The position numbers were made by a program, and so were the translations under genes. Under the pieces are notes generated by a model. The model was not told where the DNA came from and searched no databases. It saw nothing but the letters and a program-made list of their open reading frames with translations. DNA of 51,508 nt. Source: an uncultured Candidatus Bathyarchaeia archaeon. Its GTDB lineage: Archaea; Thermoproteota; Bathyarchaeia; TCS64. This document shows positions 18,932-26,996 of the stretch, one piece after another (the first letter of the stretch is position 1; every line of letters begins with the position of its first letter). The stretch is taken from assembly GCA_964347685.1 (NCBI GenBank), contig CAYGAH010000235.1, positions 1 to 51,508 on the forward strand. Direction: 5' to 3'.

Positions 18932-19417
18932 TCATTCCTCCCCCAGAACCTTCTCCAGGACCTGCAGGAACTTGGCCATGTCCCTCGGCCCCTTGGCGTC
19001 GGGGAGATCCAGAGACTCTCGGTCGTGGGCCTCGAACTTCCTGTCGATTATCTCCTGGGGTGGCTGGATGGACCCCAATCTCTTCACGGAGCTCAGCATC
19101 CTTGTCAGCCCCTCCGGGGGCTGGAGCCCCTTGCTCACCGCCAGGTTCTGGCAGGCGATGATGATGTTGTAGGGAGTGACCTCCCTCGGGCAACGCTCCG
19201 TGCACTGTAGGCACTGGGCGCACTCCCATATGATGTTGGACCCCATGAGTTCTTCGATGAGATCGCGCTGAGCCATAGCGACTATCTTGCGGGGTCGCAA
19301 GTCCAGGAACCTTGCAGCCGGGCAGCCGCTAGAGCATTTACCGCACTGATTGCACTGGTCCTGGTGCAGCTCGCTTACGCCGTGTTGAATTTGAGACAAG
19401 ACATCCGGTCCAACCAT
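18932..19417 (-). CDS. hdrC: Heterodisulfide reductase subunit C (2x[4Fe-4S])
   Basis: CNQCGKCSSGCP and CAQCLQCTERCP motifs. It lies 4 nt upstream of hdrB. Confidence 0.85.
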   Translation of the reverse strand: MVGPDVLSQIQHGVSELHQDQCNQCGKCSSGCPAARFLDLRPRKIVAMAQRDLIEELMGSNIIWECAQCLQCTERCPREVTPYNIIIACQNLAVSKGLQPPEGLTRMLSSVKRLGSIQPPQEIIDRKFEAHDRESLDLPDAKGPRDMAKFLQVLEKVLGEE

Positions 19418-19791
19418 CTTGAACCCCTACCACCCCAAAGTTAATGGTATCCTACCTTTGATGCGTTTGAGAAAATAAGAATTGACATCCCTATCTATGT
19501 CGAACCCAAACCGCCGGGTATGAGACAACTCGTTTTTTCCAATCCAGACCACTGGTATCGACATTTAGGGAAATCGTACTAGAGACTTAGGCGCTTTATA
19601 TATTGTTTGTGGTCATGATATTAGAAAAAATATCTATTTTTACGTATATTCTTCGTCCACGCCTGAAGGCGTCGGAAAGAAGAGGAAGACAGAGCCTCTA
19701 GCTTTTGGGACTTCGTATGCCATATGAACAGGATCTCAGAGCATCTCTTCGGCTTCTGCTGATAATTATCCTAGAAAAGTGGTTTTCAGAG

Positions 19792-20250
19792 TCACATCCA
19801 CTTCTGGACGACGTCGTCGTACTCGGCTTCGAGCCTGTCCTTGTGCATGAGCTCCTCCTGGGCTAGGTTCGCGAACATCTCACCGATCTGGCTCTCCCTG
19901 TATCTCTTCGCCATCTCGATGAAGTCGTGGGTCGCCTTCTCCCTCTTGATGGCGTAGATGAGGATGTCTTGGTAGTCGACCTCGGGGTTTAGTGATGTCC
20001 CCTCCAAGTAGTCGACGATCCTCAGGTCCTGGACAACGGTGGCGAGGGTGCCAATCTCCTGGATCTTCCCTGGGTCCTCCTTCGTTTGGAGAAGATTGGA
20101 CTTGTGCCACTTCTCCTCTTCAACGAGCTCCTTTAAGATCCTCGACCCCGGGTTGACGACATTGTTCCGGGCGGACGAGTAGAGCTTGATCGAATCCTCC
20201 TCCATTGAGACGGCCAGGTTCAGCGCTTTCTCGAGGGTCCACTCCGACAA
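19792..20250 (-). CDS. Rubrerythrin/ferritin-like diiron four-helix-bundle protein (no rubredoxin domain)
   Basis: Paired E...ExxH patterns (MEEDS / EEKWH and REKATH / QEELMH) in a 152-aa helical protein. Confidence 0.65.
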   Translation of the reverse strand: MSEWTLEKALNLAVSMEEDSIKLYSSARNNVVNPGSRILKELVEEEKWHKSNLLQTKEDPGKIQEIGTLATVVQDLRIVDYLEGTSLNPEVDYQDILIYAIKREKATHDFIEMAKRYRESQIGEMFANLAQEELMHKDRLEAEYDDVVQKWM

Positions 20251-20329
20251 TTTTGTATGCCTCCTCAGATACTGTTGTAGAGGGGAACATTGAGATTGCC
20301 AAAGGATGGGTCCGGTCGGAGGGAAATTC

Positions 20330-20587
20330 CTAACTTGGGTTGTACCTTTCGTGTTTGCTATTTAGCATGCGGGACATTGTGTCGAGGTCATCGTGTACTG
20401 GCTCCTCGCTGAGGCTATAATCAGTGGCACCGTGAGCCCGGTGCTCAAGCCCATAGACCCCGTGAGGTTCGAGTAACACTGTTTTCCAAATCCCACATGA
20501 ATACTGAGGTAACCTAGCTGGGTTGCTTAAAAAACCAAGAAGATTTGACGGACCTTCTATCCTCGTCGGTAAGCCGTCATTTTTCAT
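20330..20587 (-). CDS. Hypothetical ORF, possibly non-functional sequence belonging to the adjacent decayed locus
   Basis: 85-aa ORF with no recognisable motif and lower GC than its neighbours. It overlaps the end of the frameshifted cupin frame. Confidence 0.2.
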   Translation of the reverse strand: MKNDGLPTRIEGPSNLLGFLSNPARLPQYSCGIWKTVLLEPHGVYGLEHRAHGATDYSLSEEPVHDDLDTMSRMLNSKHERYNPS

Positions 20588-20934
20588 GATGGGATATAAG
20601 GCAGAGTAACTTGAGTTCCTCCTCCCCGTTGTTCCTGAACTGGTGCTCCTCGTCCTGGGCGACGAAGACGACGTCTCCAGGTGATCTCCTCGTACCCGTC
20701 CTCACCGATGACTACGCCCCTCCCTGAGAGGATGAAGGCCTTGTGCTCCGTCCTTATGCAACCCTCGATGATGGACACATCTACCTCGTCTGGGATCTCC
20801 TTGGCATCGACAAGGGTTGGAGCATATACGAGCTCGTTCGCCGAGATTATCTCAAGGAGTTTCTCGTGGAGCCCGAGGGCGTCGACCTGGCACCCTGAAT
20901 CGCCTGAGAACCCAGTCAACAGCAGTTTCACCAT
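20578..20934 (-). pseudogene. Chimeric remnant: [NiFe]-hydrogenase small-subunit N-terminus joined to a frameshifted cupin C-half
   Basis: MVKLLLTGFSGDSGCQVDALGLHEKLLEIISANELVYAPTLVDAKEIPDEVDVSIIEGCIRTEH matches the N-terminal pattern of MvhG/FrhG/HoxY-type small subunits. It is followed by cupin strands (KAFILSGRGVVIGEDGYEEI). Cupin motif 2 (GDVVFVAQDEEHQFRNNGEEELKLLCL) is readable only after a frame change near 20680. Confidence 0.45.
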
Positions 20935-21228
20935 GTTATACCTGGCCTGGCGTTAAACATGATTCGGTCCTCTTATTTGATGGGGAATCTAATCACTATT
21001 ACTACGATTTTATATAATGTTTATCGTGGCATTCAACGTAAATACCAAACCTAGATCAATTTACCAAGAATTATACCATAAGCGTATAAAATGTGGGCCC
21101 GTTCTTATCATTCCTGTGGACAATCCTTCTTATGACCATGCTCATCATGCAATGAGGTAATTAATACAACGTCCCCCATCCTGTCGATACTGGTAAAGTC
21201 TATCAATAAAAATTAAAATTCGAATCCC

Positions 21229-22974
21229 CTAGAAGACATGGGATGATGGAGATACCCCGAGATCGCGCCGCCAGTTTGAATAACCCATAGGCGCAGCCTC
21301 AGACCTCCAGCATGCTGCTCCGTACATGAGCCCCGTCCTCGGGTTGAATAGGACGCCATTCATCCCACCGGCAACCATCGGCACTTGGGACAGCTCGTGA
21401 CCCCTACGCCCTAACTCTTCCAGGACGCCGTCTTCAAAGCCCGGTTCAACTTTAAGTATCTTGCCTCCTGTGCCTTGGATGCCCGTGGTCCATACCCTGG
21501 GCGCCTCGACAGCCTGCTGGAGGGTCATCCCGAAGTCGACTATGTTGACCACAGTCTGACATATGGTCGCGAGGGCTTCCTCCCCGAACGGTGTGCCTAT
21601 GCACATGAAGGGCTCTCCACCCCTAAGGAAGATAGCCGGCGTCAGGGAACTCAGGACTCTCTTACCGCTGGACACAGAGTTTGCCTTTCCCGGTAGGGGG
21701 TCGAAGGCGCCCATGAAGCCGTTGAGCAGTATCCCTGTCCCCTGGACGGTCACCCCAGAACCGAAGGGGGAGGAGACGCTCTGTGTCGAGGTAACCATGT
21801 TTCCATCGGAATCAAAGGCGGATACGTGCGTTGTATTCCCACCCCCCACCTCATAGAGAACGGCGTCCCCCGGGCCGTAGCTCATGGCCGAGCCCATGCT
21901 GATCTTCCCTGCGCACTTCTCTGCGTAGGGCTTGGAGGTTATGCCGGCCACTGGGACCATCACCCTCTCTGGGTCCCCCATATACTGCTGCCGGTCCGCG
22001 TAGGCCATCTTCATGGTCTCGGCCAGGAGGTGGAGGTGGTCGGCGGAGCCGAAGCCCGTTGAGGCCAGGTCGAAGTTCTCCAGGATGTTTAGCATCTGGA
22101 TCAGGTGAGCCCCCCCGCTGCTGGGGGGAGCCGTCGTGTAGACCTCATGCTCCCCCCTGTAGGTCCCCCTCAGGGGCCTACGCACCATCAGCTTGTATTC
22201 CTTTAGGTCCTCCCCCGTGAGGATGCCGCCATTCGCCTGCACATCTTCTATGATTGCCTCTCCAAGTACACCTTTGTAAAGGGCATCCGACCCTTGGGCT
22301 GCTATCTTCTCCAAAGAAGAAGCGAAGTCTGTTTGGACTATTTGGTCGCCTACCCTTGGAACCCTTCCCCCTGGTAGAAATATTCTCGCAGTCTCTGGGT
22401 GCCTTAGCAGATCCTCCCTCTTCTCCTCGACCATTTGGACGAAGAGGTGTGAGACCTTGAATCCGTGACGGGCATGTCTCAATGCGGGTTCTATCATCTC
22501 CGAGAAATTCAATTCGCCGTACTTCTTGGCCATGTACTCCCACGCTTTAAGTGCTCCGGGCGTTGCAACGCTAAGATAGCCGATCTCGTTCCTTCGATCC
22601 GAGGGCTTGAGCATGCCTTGGCTCGACTGAACCTTTTCAGAGGGAATGTACATATCGTCGCTGGAGGCCTTGGGCGCTATGGCGGAGTTGTCTATCGCCT
22701 CGATCGTCCCATCGTTCCCATTCCTTATCACGGAGAAGCCTGCCCCGAAGACTCCAACCATCATGGGCTCAACCACCGACAGGGTGAAAAGGGAGGCAAC
22801 AGCCGCATCGAAGGCGTTCCCGCCCCTAGCGAACATCTCCATGCCGGCCGCGCTTGCCAGGGGATGATCCGTGACCACCACCCCTCCACTGGCGGCGACC
22901 TCCATCTCGATGGTTCTCGGCCCTTTGGTGGGTGGCTGCAGCTTCGGCTGGGAGACGGGGCTCATCTGACGCAC
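21229..22974 (-). CDS. ggt: gamma-Glutamyltransferase family protein (Ntn hydrolase)
   Basis: 581 aa. The autoprocessing/catalytic Thr sits in GGGNTTHVSAFDSDGNMVTSTQS, with GSGV... and PMVGGMNG-type C-terminal motifs. No obvious signal peptide. Confidence 0.9.
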   Translation of the reverse strand: MRQMSPVSQPKLQPPTKGPRTIEMEVAASGGVVVTDHPLASAAGMEMFARGGNAFDAAVASLFTLSVVEPMMVGVFGAGFSVIRNGNDGTIEAIDNSAIAPKASSDDMYIPSEKVQSSQGMLKPSDRRNEIGYLSVATPGALKAWEYMAKKYGELNFSEMIEPALRHARHGFKVSHLFVQMVEEKREDLLRHPETARIFLPGGRVPRVGDQIVQTDFASSLEKIAAQGSDALYKGVLGEAIIEDVQANGGILTGEDLKEYKLMVRRPLRGTYRGEHEVYTTAPPSSGGAHLIQMLNILENFDLASTGFGSADHLHLLAETMKMAYADRQQYMGDPERVMVPVAGITSKPYAEKCAGKISMGSAMSYGPGDAVLYEVGGGNTTHVSAFDSDGNMVTSTQSVSSPFGSGVTVQGTGILLNGFMGAFDPLPGKANSVSSGKRVLSSLTPAIFLRGGEPFMCIGTPFGEEALATICQTVVNIVDFGMTLQQAVEAPRVWTTGIQGTGGKILKVEPGFEDGVLEELGRRGHELSQVPMVAGGMNGVLFNPRTGLMYGAACWRSEAAPMGYSNWRRDLGVSPSSHVF

Positions 22975-23172
22975 CTTTGAGGTTTATCTCCGCGCCGAGG
23001 CATTGAAAAGATTTGGGATGCCCGTTAGGGGCTCTCCGAGCGTATGCAGTTTTCTCTGCAACGAGGACGTGCTCTTCTCACTCCACGATAAGCTTCCCTT
23101 AAAACAATGAAGTCGATAAATGGTTCTGGTCTGTGGACTGTAAAATAGTGATAGGCTTGAGGCGGTGCTCAG

Positions 23173-23697
23173 TTATTTCACGTTCTGCCTGTAGTAGTCC
23201 ATGGACCACTCTATGATCTTCATTGCCTCACCGGCGTCGTCCCAACCCATCACCTCCGTCTCTTTTCCCTCAGCCCTCTTATAGTTCTCGAAGAAGTAGG
23301 TGAGCTCGCTTTTCATCGCAGTTGGAATTTCGCTAAGAGACTTCAGTTGCTTGTAAAAGGGGTCTGTCGTGGAGACGGTGACTATTTTGTCGTCGAGCTC
23401 CCCATCGTCTATCATCTTTATGTTTGCGACGGGCCTAGCGACGGTGAAGCAACCCGTAAAGGTGGGCTCATTTATGAGCAGAACGGCGTCGAGTGGGTCC
23501 CCGTCGTCGTCTAGGGTTTGAGGGATGAATCCGTAATCGCAGGGGAAGTAGGTGTAGAGAACCCTATTCAGCTTGAATACGCTGTCCCTTACGTCGTACT
23601 CGTACTTGTTGCGGCTGCCCCGCGTGATCTCGGTGACAACATAGACCTCATGGGGAGGGTCGGGGCCCGACGGGAAATCTTTCCAGTAGTCCGCCAT
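23173..23697 (-). CDS. ppa: Inorganic pyrophosphatase (family I)
   Basis: RGSRNKYEYD, YPCDYGFIPQTLDDDGDPLDAVLL and DDKIV motifs; 174 aa. Confidence 0.95.
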   Translation of the reverse strand: MADYWKDFPSGPDPPHEVYVVTEITRGSRNKYEYDVRDSVFKLNRVLYTYFPCDYGFIPQTLDDDGDPLDAVLLINEPTFTGCFTVARPVANIKMIDDGELDDKIVTVSTTDPFYKQLKSLSEIPTAMKSELTYFFENYKRAEGKETEVMGWDDAGEAMKIIEWSMDYYRQNVK

Positions 23698-23759
23698 AAG
23701 CTTCGAGTTGTAAGGGCGATGTGACGGATTTAGGCTTTATGAAAATTTATACAAACTGG

Positions 23760-24002
23760 CTATTTTTGTTGGTCTAAGTTAGTGTGCCGAAGGATCTCAC
23801 TCCAGAGTTTCAGGGTTTCCTCCGCCTCCTTTTTGTCGAGAATCTGGATGACGAAGCCGGTGTGGACTATCACGTAGGTCCCGGGCTTTACTGCGCCATC
23901 CTCTATAAGGTCTAGGATCGCCTCCCGCTTGATGCCTCCGAAGTCTACGACTGCAGTCCTGCCCTCGACTGACTCGACGAGGCCGGGTATCGCAAGGCAC
24001 AT
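23760..24002 (-). CDS. hypC: HypC/HupF-family [NiFe]-hydrogenase maturation chaperone
   Basis: The N-terminal MCLAIPG motif with the essential Cys2; an 80-aa OB-fold-sized protein. Confidence 0.85.
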   Translation of the reverse strand: MCLAIPGLVESVEGRTAVVDFGGIKREAILDLIEDGAVKPGTYVIVHTGFVIQILDKKEAEETLKLWSEILRHTNLDQQK

Positions 24003-24103
24003 CTTAGGTTTCTCAGGCTCCGATGCTTATATTTCTTCGCTGGGGCAACGTTTTAATCCATCAGGAGGGGTCTCTCCAATGTTCACCGTCTGGAGAATCT
24101 ATA

Positions 24104-25297
24104 ATGGATAGGAAGGTTCAGAGGGTTTTCTTCTGGATATTCGTGGCAACTTTCATCTCCACTTTCGGGGAAACCATACCTCAGTCCTTCCAGCCCTTAT
24201 TCCTATCTAGGCTGGGTATCTCAGCCGCCGTCATTGGCCTCGTATACAATATTAAGAACGTGGTTCAGACATTTGTCAGGATACCTATAGGGGCTCTAAG
24301 CGACAGGCTGGGCCGCAAGAACCTCATGGTCCTGGGCATGACCTTCATTTCGCTGGTCCCATTTATCTACTCGGTCTCCTACAGCGCCCACCTCCCTCTG
24401 GTGGCGATGCTGGTGAGCGGCCTGGGCGTCTCGATCTATTTCCCACCGTCCGAGGCTTATGCATCAGGCCTCTTTCCACCACACAAGGTAGGAGAGGCTT
24501 TGGGAAGGTACCACCTGAGCTGGTCGATAAGCGCCATCATCGGCCCCTCCGTAGGAGGGGTCCTCGCTATGCTTTTCCCCGAGTACAGGCCCGTCTTCGT
24601 GCTCGCGGGCTTGACTACGTCGATAAGCGTTTTGATCCTTTTTCTCAAGATCGAGGACGACTCAAACCCCAGTTGCCCCGTGAACGTCTCCGGCGAGGTA
24701 GTCCACCTCCTTAGGAGCCTCCCCTCAGATATGATTAGGCTGATGGGCAACCGGCGAGTGATGGTTGGGTCGGTGTCCGTCTTCGCCCACTCCTTCTGCC
24801 ACTGGATGTTGGCGACATTCGTGCCCCTCTTCGCAGTTGGTGTGGGTTTCGACGAGGTCACCATCGGCCTCTCCCTGACAGCAAACGCGCTGCTGATAGC
24901 CTTAAGCCTCCTTTTTACGGGGAGTTTCTCCGACAGAGTGGGGCGGTTCATGCCCATATTTTCAGGCCTCATACTGAGCGTCGCAGCCTTTGCCTTGATA
25001 CCCTCGGTGACCGAGTGGTGGATGCTGATGGGGCTCATGGCTCTGCTCGGGGTCAGCGCCGCCCTCGTATTCCCCGTTTCTCAGGCGGTGACCCTCGAGG
25101 CCCTGCCTGTCCAAGAGAGAGGTGCCGCTACTGGGGTCTGGGGGACAGTTATGTCACTGGGAGGCACGGTGGGCTTGTTCGCCATGAGCTTCATAGTCTC
25201 CGTCGCTCCAATAGCCTGGGTGTTCTACTTTTCAGCAGCTTTCAGCTTCGCCATCTCCATCCTCATCTTCGCCATAAGGGGCTACTTCAGTTCCTGA
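24104..25297 (+). CDS. MFS transporter
   Basis: A 12-TM pattern with the loop 2-3 signature GALSDRLGRKN and a second-half equivalent, GSFSDRVGR. The start is taken at ATG 24104. Confidence 0.8.
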   Translation: MDRKVQRVFFWIFVATFISTFGETIPQSFQPLFLSRLGISAAVIGLVYNIKNVVQTFVRIPIGALSDRLGRKNLMVLGMTFISLVPFIYSVSYSAHLPLVAMLVSGLGVSIYFPPSEAYASGLFPPHKVGEALGRYHLSWSISAIIGPSVGGVLAMLFPEYRPVFVLAGLTTSISVLILFLKIEDDSNPSCPVNVSGEVVHLLRSLPSDMIRLMGNRRVMVGSVSVFAHSFCHWMLATFVPLFAVGVGFDEVTIGLSLTANALLIALSLLFTGSFSDRVGRFMPIFSGLILSVAAFALIPSVTEWWMLMGLMALLGVSAALVFPVSQAVTLEALPVQERGAATGVWGTVMSLGGTVGLFAMSFIVSVAPIAWVFYFSAAFSFAISILIFAIRGYFSS

Positions 25298-26996
25298 GCC
25301 TCCTCGTTTTCTCAGAAACGACCTCTAGGGTGTCCGGGTCGATGAAGACTCCATATTCTGCCCTCGCCGCTTCAACAGATACCAAGCCGTTCAAGACATC
25401 TTTCAGCACAAGCTTTGGCCTTCGTTTGAGGGGGTCGCCGTACCCGCCACCCCCCGGCGTCTTGATCACTAGGGCGTCTCTCTTCGTCAAGGGGACGGTG
25501 CACTTCGAAGGAAGCTTCAAAGCCTCGCCGTTCCTTTTCAGCAGATATTCTCCGAGCGCCCCAGGCTTCCCGCCCTGCAGGCCCCATGGCGGTATCTTCG
25601 TCCTCTCCGCCATGATGGACAATGTCGCCCTCTCGGAGGTGAGCGTCCAGCTTCGGGTTATGCCGCAGCCTCCCCTATGTTCTCCGGCTCCTCCGCTGTC
25701 GGGCCTAAGCTCGTAGGTCTCGAACCTCAGCGGGAGGTAGGCCTCAAGGGCCTCTATGGGGGTGTTCATGGTGTTGGTCATGTTGACGTGGACCCCGTCG
25801 ACGCCGTCGCATCCGGGGCGTCCTCCGCTCCCACCCCCTATCGTCTCGTAGAAGGTCCATGGGGTTCCGTCTTCCTTCAGCCCGCCTATGGTTACGTTGT
25901 TCATGGTGCCGAGGCCTGCGGCGGGAACCTTATCTGGGACTATCTGGGAGAAGGCGAGCATGAGGACATCTACGTTCCTCTGGCTGGTCTCCACGTTCCC
26001 CCCTGCGACGGGGGCCGGTCGGACCGGGTTCATCATGCAGCCCTTTGGAATCTTCAATGTGACTGGGCGGAAGCATCCGTCGTTGACGGGGATGGTGGGA
26101 TCGACGATGGAGATGAGGGTGTAATAGATGCCCGCGATGGTTACTCCCAGGGGGGCGTTCACTGGCCCGTCCACCTGAGGAGAGGTGCCGGCGTAGTCGA
26201 ACGTGATGTCGCTACCACGTATGGTCACGGCCACTGAGATCTCGGCCGATCCTCCGCCCGTGCCTATCTCCTCCATCCAGTCCCGGGCGGAGTATACGCC
26301 GTCGGGCATTGCATCGATGGACGCTCTCATCCTACGCTCCGAGTAGTCCATGACAGACTCCATCGCCCCGTGGACGGTCCCGACACCGTACTCCTCAACC
26401 AGCTCCAGAAGCCGCCTAGTGCCCGTGTTGTTGGCTGCGACCTGGGCCCTCAGGTCCCCCATCTGGGTGTCCGGTGTCCTCACGTTACTCCTGATGAGTG
26501 CGGATATCTCCGGGTCTGTGTGCCCTCCCCTCACGAACTTCACCGGCGGGATAATGAGGCCCTCTTGGTAGAGTTCCGTGGCGTCGCCCGCGAGGCTGCC
26601 AGGCGTCTTCCCGCCGACATCTGTGTGGTGGGCCTTGTTGGCGGCGTATCCAATCAGGTCCCCGTCTTGGAATATGGGGGCTATGAGAGTGAGGTCGGGG
26701 AGGTGGGTGCCGCTCAGGTAGGGGTCATTGAGGAGGATCATGTCGCCTGGCTCCAGAGGGCCCTTGTAGTGGTCGAGGCCCTCCCGTACTGCTAGGGCCA
26801 TTGACCCTAGGTGGACGGGGATGTGCTCCGCCTGGGCTATTAGGCGGCGCCTGTCGTCGAAAATGGCGCAGCTGTGGTCCATCCTCTCCTTTATGTTGGG
26901 GGAGTAGGCCGACTTCCTGAGGGCGATTCCCATCTCCTCGGCGGCGTAGATGAGGGCCCCCTTGATGACCTCAACGGTCGTCGAGTCCAGGCTCAT
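25287..26996 (-). CDS. Hydantoinase B / 5-oxoprolinase B-type subunit
   Basis: 569 aa. The hydantoinase_B pattern is present (NDPYLSGTHLPD, GGGSGG, GGGGYGDP). It overlaps the A subunit by 4 nt. Confidence 0.85.
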   Translation of the reverse strand: MSLDSTTVEVIKGALIYAAEEMGIALRKSAYSPNIKERMDHSCAIFDDRRRLIAQAEHIPVHLGSMALAVREGLDHYKGPLEPGDMILLNDPYLSGTHLPDLTLIAPIFQDGDLIGYAANKAHHTDVGGKTPGSLAGDATELYQEGLIIPPVKFVRGGHTDPEISALIRSNVRTPDTQMGDLRAQVAANNTGTRRLLELVEEYGVGTVHGAMESVMDYSERRMRASIDAMPDGVYSARDWMEEIGTGGGSAEISVAVTIRGSDITFDYAGTSPQVDGPVNAPLGVTIAGIYYTLISIVDPTIPVNDGCFRPVTLKIPKGCMMNPVRPAPVAGGNVETSQRNVDVLMLAFSQIVPDKVPAAGLGTMNNVTIGGLKEDGTPWTFYETIGGGSGGRPGCDGVDGVHVNMTNTMNTPIEALEAYLPLRFETYELRPDSGGAGEHRGGCGITRSWTLTSERATLSIMAERTKIPPWGLQGGKPGALGEYLLKRNGEALKLPSKCTVPLTKRDALVIKTPGGGGYGDPLKRRPKLVLKDVLNGLVSVEAARAEYGVFIDPDTLEVVSEKTRRLRN

